Assembly (NCBI GenBank): GCA_032718475.1
Contig: JAUCBJ010008176.1
Coordinates: forward strand, 1 to 64,000
Reading direction: 5' to 3'
Origin: Nemertoderma westbladi
Lineage: Eukaryota; Animalia; Xenacoelomorpha
Length of the DNA: 64,000 bases
The translations under genes and the position numbers were made by a program. The notes under the pieces were generated by a model. That model was given only the letters and a program-made list of their open reading frames with translations, ran no database searches and was not told the origin of the DNA. Of this stretch, positions 48,676 to 61,357 are shown piece after piece (the stretch's first letter is position 1; every line of letters begins with the position of its first letter).

Positions 48676-49408
48676 ACCTTTCTGAATCTGGTAGGTCATT
48701 AAACTTTGCTTTGTATTTATAGTTACGTCCGCAAAGTTATCTAACATATCAATAGTTCAGCACTCTAGCTTTCTCCTATCCCGAACCCATTAATTAATAA
48801 ATCTTTTATGTTCTCGAGAGAGACAGGGGGGTAAACTGGACGCAAGTCCCATCTTGACGAAATAATATCCCGCCTCAATGTTAAACTCTCAATTTAGAGA
48901 AAGGAGCAGGTTACAGTGGCACGTTATTTTAACCAAAACAATAAACTAAACTCAATAGAACAGGTTATAGTTTTATTTTTTATAGTAATCAACTGTTATT
49001 TGCGTCAAATTTCCCCTGGGGAGGGATGAATTTTTATTGCATGAATTTGATGGATGAATTTCTTTCGACGCAATAAAAGTTCATCCCTAAAATCGACGCA
49101 AATAACTGCTGAGAAAGTTGCATGTTGAAAGTTGAAAGCTCATTGTGTGACCCGGGCCTAATAATGAATTGTATCACCTAACATTAACCGTACACCAATT
49201 ACACTATGCTAATATTTATACTCTCAGGTATTATTTATACTAAATTAATACAAAATACAATGAATAAGAATATATTTTAGCAATATATTCCTCAGCAAAC
49301 TGTTCCTTTTTGTAGAGTTTAAATACTATACTGCTTTACCCTATAAAATTGGGTTGGGGCTGGTTTACTGGTACTCAACCTCAACCAAGTAGTCAACCCA
49401 TTGCCTAG

Positions 49409-49793
49409 CAGAGGCGTAGCGAGCCCTTCTGGCGCCCAGGGGAATGAAGCTGAGATACCTTTTAAATATTATATAACAGAATATAATATTTAAAAAAACA
49501 TCTAAAAAAACAGTTTACTAAAAGTATATAACTATATCAAATCTATTATACAAAAGTTTGATATACTGAAATTATAATACTGTATATTTAATGGCGAGCG
49601 AAACGAGTAGAGAAAATTTTTACATTTTTCGCTTATGACACATGTCCTGTAAATACTGTATCACAATCCCTGAATTTTCACTGATTTGTCTTATTTTTAC
49701 AAGAATACTGACATTTGCCGGGCATTTCAGCGCCACCGGGTGAGTGCGCCCGGCTGCCCGGGGGAACATCCCCCCCCCCTCGCTACGCCTCTG
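49409..49793. mobile_element. hAT-type MITE
   Basis: TIR CAGAGGCGTAGCGAG / CTCGCTACGCCTCTG with perfect 8-bp TSD TTGCCTAG (49401-49408 and 49794-49801). Confidence 0.9.
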
Positions 49794-51035
49794 TTGCCTA
49801 GCAGTTAAATAAGATGGATGCTATTAAGGTATGTGTGTGTACTGAATTTACATCCCCGCTTGGACTGCTGCTACAATAATGGACTGCATCGATATATTTC
49901 TGTTTTCACAATTGGGCGCAATGCCTCAACCATGCATGACAGTGTATGCCTATTACAGAATACTCAGAAGTCAGGAAGTCAGAACTCACCATGTGAAGGA
50001 AGAGTTACATCAAACCAATATGCGTATGTAAATATTCTTGTAATTTGCAACGTCAAAAAATGTAATATTATTAGAAAGTAAGTTGAACTTCCAAATAAAT
50101 ACTACAAGGAATTCTATTTTCCATCTAAATAAGCAGTGGACGGAGCAGGCAGGCTTTAACAAAGGGAATAATGGACAGCCAGTAATAAGAAAGAGTTCCA
50201 CAAAACAGCTGGTGTTTCATACTGACCAATGAGGAACGCGCATATTGGTTGTCCCAACTGGCGGCTGGATTTCCTGGTCATTCAACCCAATGATAGTAAC
50301 AGTGTTAGTGCAGCACTGCTGTACAGGATCAATTGGATAGCGTTTGGCTTGGCCGCCACGACTTTGGATAATGGATCAACCATATCACCAGCTGCAAGGC
50401 TATTAAGGATGAAACAGCCCCTCAGGGTTTGTAACAGGAAAGTTAACAAGCAACCTAAAAAGCATGATTCATCAAGGACGATGGAGAATCTTGCCACGTT
50501 TATTGAAGGGGATACAACTGGTTATCTATGTATGTTACACGAAATAGTGCAGTAGCAATGCCAGGTCATTCCACAATTATTCACATTTAAAATATGGCTA
50601 TGCTATTATGTTACCTTGTGACGTTCCCTAGCACCCACGCACCCACCTAAACAAATTTGAATATAGTCCCAAAATGCAATGCACTTGTGCCGAAGGCCTA
50701 TACAGATTCGTCATAAATATAAAATATAACTTCTATATGATTTCGGCCGAAAAGTGAAAACCTGGTATTCCGTATTCTACACATGACATGTAATTCTTTA
50801 GGGGTATTGATGTATAAATCCGGCGCTCCGGGGAAGCCTAATTATTAAGGAAATTATATAATTAAAGGGAAACACTAATTAATTAAAGATTAAGTAATTA
50901 TTCAATTGTAATTATAAACAAGTGATTAGATATGACCGACCTAATTAGATATGACCAACCATCCCAGTCCTACACTTTATTGTGTCGGCAGTCCGGCAGA
51001 AACAAGGCCGCCCCCAATTCATTCGGTCATCAATA

Positions 51036-51717
51036 CACGTTCGTGGGGCCTTCGCGCAGCACGAGGCTTAGTTATGAGATACAGATTAATATTGAGCGAC
51101 TCTACTGTATCAGAAACTCGGTATCTAAGAAATTTAACAAAACACCAGTAAATCAAAGAGAGGGAAAAGTCTTTATAATATGATATTAATTTATCATGTC
51201 AACACCTCAACGAGATTATTTAGCTAATTATTCTAAAGAACCATGATTAAGTACTCGGCAATCATTTTGTAAGCTAAACACAATAACCAAGCTGGCTTAT
51301 TAGTCTGGCTTATTACAATGCTGCCTTTGAGTAGAGGTGAGGTGTGGTTCGACTGGTTCCCCTTCCAAGCTAGGCCAGGCATGGCCTAGCTTGGAGGAGG
51401 AGGGAGCTATAGCTGAAGACGGGGCATTTTAATAACTTAATTACGTTTAGATCAATTAAAAACACATTTCTTAAAGCAAATCTCTTGAAGTAATTAAAAC
51501 TATAATGGAATGGGGTATGGGGAATACAGTTGTATAATTTTTAAGTATAATTATTTAAATCTTATACTAGAACATAGATTTCATTAACATTTGGCGTTAT
51601 TTGGCATTTATTAACGTTTAAAATTGAACACGACAGAACAATAGAACGACAGACACACCGATTGAGTTACTGGTGCCCGTATGCTAAGCTCGCTTACTTT
51701 CGTGGCTCGCCCCACAC
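51036..51717 (-). mobile_element. DINE-1/HINE-like element with both termini
   Basis: The - strand starts GTGTGGGGCGAGCCACGAAAG and ends CTCGTGCTGCGCGAAGGCCCCACGAACGTGT; body homologous to 16262-17172. Confidence 0.65.
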
Positions 51718-53185
51718 TTTCAGAATAAGTCCACTATCTACACTGGTTACTATAGCAATAAGCTGAAAGCTTTAAGTGGCGGGATTGCAGGTTGTACCTG
51801 GATTTTGGGGTGGGTTGGCTACGCCCAAAAATTAAACTATACTCTGTGCTCATGACTGTCCTTTATTGTTTTGCTTTGCTTTGATTTCCAGCTGCCCCTG
51901 CAACTATAATATATTCCTTGGCAAAGGCGACTGACCGAACCCATTGCCATTTAAAGGAGCAGGTTAGTAAAGGAGCAGGTTACAGAGACGTGTTGGGGGA
52001 ACCAAAACAATAAACGAAAGTTAACACATGTTAAACGATTAAGGGTCCGGTCAATAATACACAAGTAAAATATAAATCAGATATAAAGCTTCAATACGGT
52101 ATTTAAAGGGTCCGGTGAATGGGTCCGGTCAGTAGCCACTTCCCTATTCCTTTCCTTTAATTGATAAATTAACATTGTTGATTCGCCAAATGGTATTTGT
52201 AACTGAACTCATACCTGTATCAAATTCAGGTCGTATTTAGCCAATCGCAACTCACAAATGGGACAACATGATAATAATATAGGCCTAGGCTTTCCTGGAC
52301 TTTCAATTCATATTTATCAGACGGTTTCCATCCATCAGCAGAGGTTTCTCCATCACAATCCATTGTGTTATTTATTTTGTGAGAATTATCTATTATATGA
52401 AACTCTGAAAGGGTGCTGATGTTGTATGCAAAACAAAAAACGAAACTCAACACAAGAACACGAGTTATAGTTTATTTTAAGTTTTTCGGGCTTTCGTTGG
52501 GCTCTAACGGCTTGTTTAGTTTCCCAACCATTGTATATCCGACCCTCCCTTCCAATTTTGTATGAAGTTTCTAATCCACCACAAGTAGGTTTACTTATTC
52601 CTTTGGGATTTTGCAACATAATTACGGCATCTATGACGCTACTGCAGTGAACAGTACAGTGGGAAATTGCGGAACGGAAATTAGCAGAAACCTGAAGTGA
52701 CCTTTTCTGCCTATCTAGCACTTGTCGGCAATAAATCACAGGTTAATGTGCCAGCCGCAGTCAATCATCAGCAACTTGGGTTGAATTTTCGGACGAGCTG
52801 CTTATTAACTTAATGTATCTTTCTCTCTCAATCGCCATCGGCCTACTACAGTTCAAATAAATGGACCAGTGGATATATTATTGTTAAGGATTATTGTTAA
52901 GAGGGTAAACGCTACGCCTACAACTACGGTAAGCCCACTGCCTGACTGTTGATTCTCAAGCTGTTTATTTATCAATTAAATTGGCTTTTCTACTGTAGTT
53001 CTAACTCTCGTTTATTGTTTTGGTTCCTTTCAACTCGCCTCGGCAACCTTCTGCCTACAAGTAGGTGTAGCGTGTAGGTGTGTAGGCGTGGCCATTTACC
53101 CCCTATTGTTAATTAATTGTAGAAGGTGTCGTCCCGTTACGGCAAATTTTTTGAGAGATTAGCCGTAACGCGACTTTCAAAGTCG

Positions 53186-54596
53186 CGGTACGGCTACTCT
53201 AAAAGTCGCGTTACGGCTAATCTATTGTCTTAGTTTTACATAGGGAATCATTATCAATAGTATTCTATTGTGTTTACGTACAGATGAGAAAGGTTCGAAA
53301 AATTTAATGTAATAATGTTTTACAGCATGGGAGTCTCCGGGGGAGGGGGGGGGGGGATTTTACCGTCTTTCATACTGTATGTTTTTCGACAACCTCACAT
53401 TCAATATAATACTGTATTCTATGGTATTCTTAGTCACAGCCTCAAGCACAGGTACCGAATACAGCCAATAATAGCAGCCGAAGAAGCAATGAGTGGTTTT
53501 GTGGAACATATTCCACTACTTCATATCGATGTTGTTAACCAACGCCTGGCTCGCTACCTGGACCATATGGCGTTCTGTTTGGGGACTGACAAGCAGGCAA
53601 TGGCCGTCCTTCCAGCCGCCGATCACCCAGTTGAAGGTCCAGCTGCATTGGGAGGGGGTGGTGATCCCGACTGGTATGTTGGTGTATTGAACCACCCCTT
53701 CGCGGCCGAACCATTTCTTCCCAACCCACCCCCGAACCACCCCTTCGCGGCCGAACCATTCCAACCCACCCCACCACTGAACCACCCCTTCGCGGCCGAA
53801 CCATTTCTTCCCAACCCACCCCCGAACCACCCCTTCGCGTCCGAACCATTCCAACCCACCCCACCACTGAACCACCCCTTCGCGGCCGAACCATTTCTTC
53901 CCAACCCACCCCCGAACCACCCCTTCGCGGCCGAACCATTCCAACCCACCCCACCACTGAACCACCCCTTCGCGGCCGAACCATTTCTTCCCAACCCACC
54001 CCCGAACCACCCCTTCGCGGCCGAACCATTTCTTCCCAACCCACCCCCGAACCACCCCTTCGCGTCCGACCCATTCCAACCCACCCCACTACTGAACCAC
54101 CCCTTCGCGGCCGAACCATTTCTTCCCAACCCACCCCCGAACCACCCCTTCGCGGCCGAACCATTTCTTCCCAACCCACCCCCGAACCACCCCTTCGCGT
54201 CCGAACCATTCCAACCCACCCCACCACTGAACCACCCCTTCGCGGCCGAACCATTTCTTCCCAACCCACCCCCGAACCACCCCTTCGCGGCCGAATTATT
54301 CCAACCCACTCCACCACCGAACCAAATATCATACGCGGCGATGACTGGCTAATTCAAGAGCTTTTAATTTCTTTTAATTTAGTAATTATTGTATTATTTT
54401 TGTACCACAGTACACAGTACCATATAGGTAAATTGGTCGAAAGTATACCTGTATCAGTATTTTGCCGAAATATGGCACTTTGAATTTATCATTATAATGG
54501 TACTGTGTACTGTGGTACAAAAATAATACAATAATTACTAAATTAAGTTTTTACTATGAAAATTAGCCGTAACGCGACTTTAGCCGTACCGCCACT
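53186..54596. mobile_element. TIR-bounded element carrying a 45-bp tandem repeat ORF
   Basis: GCGGTACGGCTA...AAAGTCGCGTTACGGCTAAT at the left end is inverted to ATTAGCCGTAACGCGACTTTAGCCGTACCGC at the right end; perfect inverted repeat of about 49 bp at 54375-54423 and 54497-54545. Confidence 0.5.
53689..54322. repeat. 45-bp minisatellite, about 14 copies (two alternating variants)
   Basis: Reads NHPFAAEPFLPNPPP / NHPFAAEPFQPTPPL in ORF 53315-54352. Confidence 0.92.
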
Positions 54597-57151
54597 GCGC
54601 CATTGTAGAATTCCCATAACTGTTGCCATGGAAACTCCTATAGAATCCTCATATATGTAACATGATTTAGTGTGTTACTTACAAAGCTTGTAAGTTTGGG
54701 TGTTCTCGTTGAGTAACAATAAGGGGGTGTACAGATTATCACGGGATTTATATCTATATTTTACGGGATTTAGTGCGTTGTTACGGGATGGAGTCTCTTG
54801 GTGTTACGGGAATTAGTGTTTTCGTTGTGTAACAGGTTTCCGTGTCTTTGCAATTGTTACATGGCTTAGTGCGTTACAAGGATTGGTTGTTCAGTAGGTA
54901 CCATACTGACCTGACACAGTATACTAGTCGCAGACACAAACATGCGACTGCGATAAGCAGATCACCCTAGGGGTTATTCTCTCTCCTATCCATGTTACTA
55001 TCCCCCTCCTTCATTAGGATCATCTCTCTCCCTCACATATTAACCACGCATCTCTCAAGGATACTGCGGGCGGGAACCTCTGATGCGATCGATTGGTCAC
55101 AGTCCTCCAGTATCGTCGCGTCAGTTAGTCCAACTCAACCGAGACTTACTCTAACCGGATAGTTGCGGGTGGGATAGTTGCTGCGGCAGCCAGCAGCCGG
55201 CACACGCAATGATAAAAGCTCTAATAAATATACCGCACCCTGCGACCAATGCTTATTACAGTACTCATCGATATTAACAATAAAAATAATGGATGCCTTT
55301 GTAAATATTATATGGCGATAGAAATGAGTTAGTTATATAGGTTAAGAGTTACTAGTATTGAATTGTTTAATGAAGATAAGAATGAATAAATATCACAATT
55401 ATAAGCATAGAGTTTTGCTTGGATCAATGACATTCGTTTTCTAATCTTACGAGATGGAAAATAATCCTTCAGATCTATGAATCCCTTAATCATGTATGAC
55501 ATCTTTATCATTATAAATCATGACGGTTACCAAATTATTATGTGTATTAATCACCACGGCAACGCTTTCATAAACACAACCATAATCACTCTGTCGCATT
55601 GATAACTAGTTTTATTTTACAGCCAGGGCCATAAACGTATAGTTGAATAAACTAGCATATATCATCGCCCAGTAATTAAATACAAGTGAAGTGTGTCAGT
55701 CCTTTTGTGGGCCGTAGGAGCGCACATATTATTTGGCACTCATTTTAACAGGATGAGTCGTCGTCACTCCTCTGTCCTGTACACTTGGCCATGATATTTA
55801 CGTATCCCTCCGGTGGAAAGCAAACACAGAGAAGTAATATTCATTGCCAGTTCCGATAATGATTGACACATGATTGGCAATATCAGATATAATAATTCTA
55901 TAACGGGTTTCCTAATCACCTTGCTACGATTACATCACCAAGTTCTGTTATATTGGAAGACAAACAGCGCGAAACATAGTTTATTGTTTATAATAGACAT
56001 AGCGTTGCTAGGAAATAAAAAATATGCAGATCTGAGGGTGAGAGGATACAGATCAGGTTTATTCGATAGGTTTTTCCTGGTTGCGATAAGTCGATGGGTG
56101 GATAGGGTGTGATGGCGATGTGAATATGTACTCAATTGTACTGTTGTTATACGAATATAACTAATAAATGTATATACAATAGAAAGGTTGCTAGGCAGCC
56201 ATAGAATGCCGGACGTTAAACAATTCTACAGTATACTGTATTAATAACTCAAGAAAACTGTCGCGTCACTGCCTTTTCTTTATATCATATTTATGAACAT
56301 GACGACGAGGGCAAGCGAGCCAATTGTTATATTTCGAGTTTGGACTCTAAGATAAGAATATTGTTTACTTATGTAAAACTTCATCTCTGCACTCGTTCGG
56401 TACTTTAATACACTCGAGTCATGTCGTTGAAATTGCTACTTTTCACACAACGATGTAAATAATAATATCACTTGAGTGAGTTGATAATATAATCCAATGC
56501 TACATAACTACAATGTAACGAGATACCGCTACATCGAGAACTCTTCAACAGCTGTTATTAATCTCAACCTTAGCATGTTACCGAGGTGGTGTTGCTACCT
56601 CGAATTAAAAGTCCCATGTGGTCGTGTAAGTCATTATCCCCAGCATCCAAGAAATTGAGGAATTATTTTGAGGAAATGTCCGCTAATTTAATATATATAT
56701 TTAGAGCGAAGTGCGGCAACCAGCAAATACAGTGCTGAAATGGTATTGGGTGGTGATGCAATATTACTCAAAAACATAATACAAACCGTACCCCCCCCCC
56801 CCCCCCCCCCCCCAAGCCGCACAGGGGGCCATTGGACAACTTTTATCGGACTTGTGAGTTGCGCCAGGGGGCCGGTCTTGCCCCACTGAACATCTCTCTT
56901 AAATTAACATAACCAGTAATAACAACCTAAAAAAATAATACTAAATGAAACTCAGTGGAATTAAACTTAATTAAGAATTCAATATTTATGAAATTCATAC
57001 ACCTATATTCTACAACATCCGAATTTTGTGGTTAAAGACGGCCAAGTACAGTATGATTGAGCACAGTGGAAGCAGATGTTTGTATTGACAGATGCAAGGC
57101 CATGAGGAGGTAAATTGCGGACATACAAGGAATCAGATAGTATTTCCACCT

Positions 57152-57225
57152 GAGCCGCTAGCTGAATGGTTAGAGCGTCAGACTTCCAACCCGGAGGTCA
57201 CCAGTTCGATCCCACCTGTACGTCA
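57152..57225 (+). mobile_element. tRNA-derived SINE head or tRNA pseudogene
   Basis: A-box TAGCTGAATGG, loop CTTCCAA, B-box AGTTCGATCCC; anticodon and acceptor stems broken. Confidence 0.5.
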
Positions 57226-59723
57226 TTGCTTTGCAAAGCTGTACCCCAGTTATAATAATAACCACTCATTCACCCGATATGAAACCACTCATTCACCCAT
57301 AACACCCATAATATATTACAATAGCTTATCATCAACGTCAGAATTAATTGTGCAGCAATCTGTAAAGTTCTACTTTTCACTTTCATGTTTCGGTATTACG
57401 AGGGTAGGGCCTTTCAGGATTTACCAGTGCGCTGATAAAGTTGACAACTATGTCAACAGAAAAACACAGACATAAACTAACCTTAGATAATCTTGAGAAT
57501 ATCACTGGTAGTTGAGTTCCATCAGCCGGTAGGTGGTGCTGTGCAATCCGTAGGTCTATTTCCTACATTCGGATTTAGCGAAAGACTTGTCAGCAACGGT
57601 GTCTTGGATACAGTACAACTTATGGGCAGTTAGTGTTCGAAACGGATGGTTTATTTCAATCGTATGTATTTGGTCAGTTATATTCAACATTGAAACACAA
57701 GTCAAATAGGCATACACCGGTAAGTACTGTCTATTTGCTGCTACTTTTCATGTTGTCTTGACCTACGGTACAGAAATTGATTGCGTATTTCTTTAGATGT
57801 ATTTCAATATATAGGTATAGGAAGGAATTATTCTATGGAGATTAAGAAGGAGATTGAGTGAAAAGTTGAATAATAGCATAAATATGTTACACTTCACTTG
57901 GTAGGGGAAAGAAACATAACAACAAATATATAGCCCGCCGGGGCTATAAAGGAAACTAGCCAGGTCGCTAATTTATAGCTAAATAAGTAATGGGTTTCCT
58001 CTGGGGAGTAAAGTTCTGGGGGGCTGCAGGATACCTCCCCCCAGAACTATGCGATTTTGTACGTATTCCCTGTCCCGACGGCCGAAGAAAACTTTAATTT
58101 ACTTTTTCCAGCCTCATCAGCACAGGGAAATCAAATAAAGCACATTTCAAACTATAAATGCGGAATTCGGGGTTAATAATAATGTACAGTCTTGCGGTTT
58201 AATAGTTGACGTCCAGCTACAAAAAAAAACAGAAACTGTACCGGTGCTCTCTGTTTCTCGAATTTCAACAAAGCGCCTAACGAACCTGACTATTTCCAAA
58301 CCCATTCCTTTCACAAGTTTAAAGGAGCCACATGTTAACCCTTACACAGTAATAACCTTACTTAACAATAATAGAGTTACATTAAAATTATATATTTATA
58401 TACATGACGCAGCGTGATAATTCCGCGCAATTCTACTGTAAAATTGACATAATTTGCTTTAAAATATTAATTAATCGTTCTCACTCCTCAGAACAGGCCT
58501 ATCTAAGTGCCTAGTTATAAAAAACCTGTATTTATCATTTTATGTACATTCGTATCCAATTCCTTTGCTTTATATAAAACCTTGAAAGGTAGAACAAGAC
58601 ACAAGTAGTACTTGCCAAGGCATTGCTTGTGATAGCTGGCCCGTCATTGGCTACATTTCTCAGCTGAATTTGTTTACAATTTAATTATCCTTGCCACAGC
58701 CAGCCACCGCCATTGGGATAACCGGGAGGACATTGCTTATTTGACCGGAATATAAAAGGTGAAGGGTAGAAATAGTACAGCTTATTGTGTCTGCATATTG
58801 AATATTCATGAAAATTACTAGAATCAATGCTGCTACTGGTTAACATATCGATGTACACCTCAGAAACTTTTATATTTTACTGCAGATAATTATGTAATTA
58901 AAATATAGCTAAATAGACATTGCTACCTCCAACATAATGGTCTGCACCAGGGAATATAGATCGAGGGTCCAATTAAATACAATTTGCCAATGCCAGTTAA
59001 AAGGCTCAGCTGTGTTTCCAGGACGACTCAATTCTAGGAGTGACATTGCCAGAAACTTCCCATGCTGGTATAAGTTGTACATACATATTCCGAGAAAGCT
59101 GCTTTAGATGGCTGATTAATCAGAAATATACCATATTTTCCCGAAACCGTATGAGAGATCTTTTGGCTCCGCCAGTACATTATAATTGCAGTTGGTTAGT
59201 GCGAGGTTGGGGATATTAAATTTTCGTGTGTTTAATAATTATTGGAGATTGAGCTGGGTATGAACCCTTTTGGAAATGGTACCTCTTGAACTGCATGGAA
59301 CACATGGGGGATGGGATGGTTCAATATTGTTAGTTAGCTAGTTAGTCGGATTTTGTATTCTTTGAGGTTAATGACCCCTCTTGAGATTGTGAAATGAATT
59401 CAAATAACCCTGTGCAATCTACTACTTATTAATTTATCAAGAGCTAAGAACACACAACTACACCTCCGAAGGCTAATTAGAGTGATAGAGCAGCGTGTTG
59501 CCATATGAATGTTATATAGGCCAACTGCGTCTGCGGGCGTTACGTTGCGAGAAATATATAATGCAGAAATAATAATAAATAGATAATAATACGATAAATC
59601 TGCTTTATGTCGTTGGTTCTATTCAGTTTCAGGTTTATATAACTGACAGCAACGATACAGCCTGTACTTTTGGTGATATATTATTATGTTGTAATGTCCC
59701 AACAGAGCGACTTTGCAGCGCAT

Positions 59724-59789
59724 CCGTTCAATGCAAGTGAACCTGAAACTATAGCTATTCGTAGTTTCAGGTTCACTTGCATTGAACGG
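59724..59789. repeat. Perfect 28-bp inverted repeat with 10-nt loop
   Basis: CCGTTCAATGCAAGTGAACCTGAAACTA-tagctattcg-TAGTTTCAGGTTCACTTGCATTGAACGG. Confidence 0.9.
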
Positions 59790-61061
59790 TTACCACATAA
59801 ACAATAATTGGTATTTATTATTAATTGCCTGATAGCCAGGTAGGCATACTATATTACCTACCGGTAGCTATTAATAACCAGTAGCTACCTATAGTATTAA
59901 CATGGCTCCACGCCACTATAAACATAAGCTAACTTATTTATAACATAATTTATGTCATTTTTACATTTATTTATAAAGCAACTAATATAATTTGTGCAGT
60001 TTCTATCACTTATAATATATATACAATATTTCGTAATGTTACAAATTTTGGAATAAAACTACATACATACTTGTTGCAAAGTACTTTACAGTGTTCTGGT
60101 CCTCGTGGCTTTATTTTCACTCACTCACTAACGTTCGTTCGTGTAAGAAAACACTCGGATCAGCACACTGTAAATTGCCACTTTACACACAAGTATGTAA
60201 TTATTACATACTTGTTTGTAAAGTAGCACTTTACAGTGTGTGTATTTCTGTGCAATGTAAATAGTTATTACAAAAAATACCAAACTAAGAAGGACCTGCG
60301 TTATTATATTCACCTACATTTATAAATTCTCATTCACCTTATATTCACCCTGTAAGGAGAAACCCCTAGATGCAACTGAAGTTGCAGATCAATAGAAGAT
60401 CCTTGTAACATTATCGAACATTATAACAGCTGCACGAATAATGCTGTAGACTACCCCGAAGGATCGAGTTGTGACCAAATCGATAGACTCTCCAGTTAAC
60501 ATGGGGTGCAGCCACACTCCAGGAAATATCAGGAAACAAATAATCTTGTTTTAATCAAGAAAAGCAATATTAACGAAAAAATAAATAAACCCATATTACG
60601 TTTCGATATATTACAAAATAATCATCTTCAGCCAATTATTTAAAATACAAACTCAAAATGTAAAATATTATACAATATATTAATAAGTAATTAAACAGGA
60701 CTAAGGATGATCCAACTCTATAGTCTATAAAGTCTAGAAAATGAGGAAAAAATTATACAATATATATTATATATACATAACCCTAGAGATGTTAATAAAT
60801 AGTATAAATTGAGCATTTGAGTAATGGTTGTACAGTACAGTTAGGACATTGATAGACACATGGAAACTATTTATTCTAGCATACGGTATAAATTGCTTAA
60901 ATTGAATTAGAAGATTGAAAAATAAACTGCGAAAAAATATATGATTACCAGAATATTTTAGGAATATTCAGTAGAGAGTTTACCTAAAAAAAAATGCATT
61001 AAGTAATCTGTAGGAACAACTACAGTAAGGGAGGGGCTTAGAAATTATACAGTATACATAC

Positions 61062-61310
61062 TTAGAACACGTGTAGAGGAAAAGAGGTACCTTGAACGTT
61101 AAGAGTTGGTCGATGCATAGCAATTAGTAAACTTTATTTAATGAGAAGGTCGTAGTTAGTAGGTGCATGAGCGAGGGACGTAAAGTCTTCTATAGAGAAG
61201 GGATGGTCGGCCTCTGTGGCATGTACCCGCACAGTAGAGTGTTTAGGGGCCACTGTTTTCCCGGTTCGTGGAGATAGACCTAAGTGCTCACAGATTCTGA
61301 CCTTAAAATA
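61062..61310 (-). mobile_element. Penelope-like retroelement 3' fragment (C-terminal half of GIY-YIG endonuclease)
   Basis: FKVRICEHLGLSPRTGK...HSTVRVH...DHPFSIEDFTSL...LLIK*SLLIAMHRPTLNVQGTSFPLHVF*, with a stop at the conserved E. Confidence 0.75.
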
Positions 61311-61357
61311 TATAGTATCATCGCAGATGATACTTACATCAATTATATATATAAGAT

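Noticed and set aside
49810-52800. Possible highly degraded transposase fragments (49810-50560, 52220-52800)
   Set aside because: Coding-like composition but no recognisable intact motif; needs BLASTX.
57152-57225. Functional tRNA-Gly(TCC) gene
   Set aside because: Acceptor and anticodon stems do not pair; treated as SINE or pseudogene.
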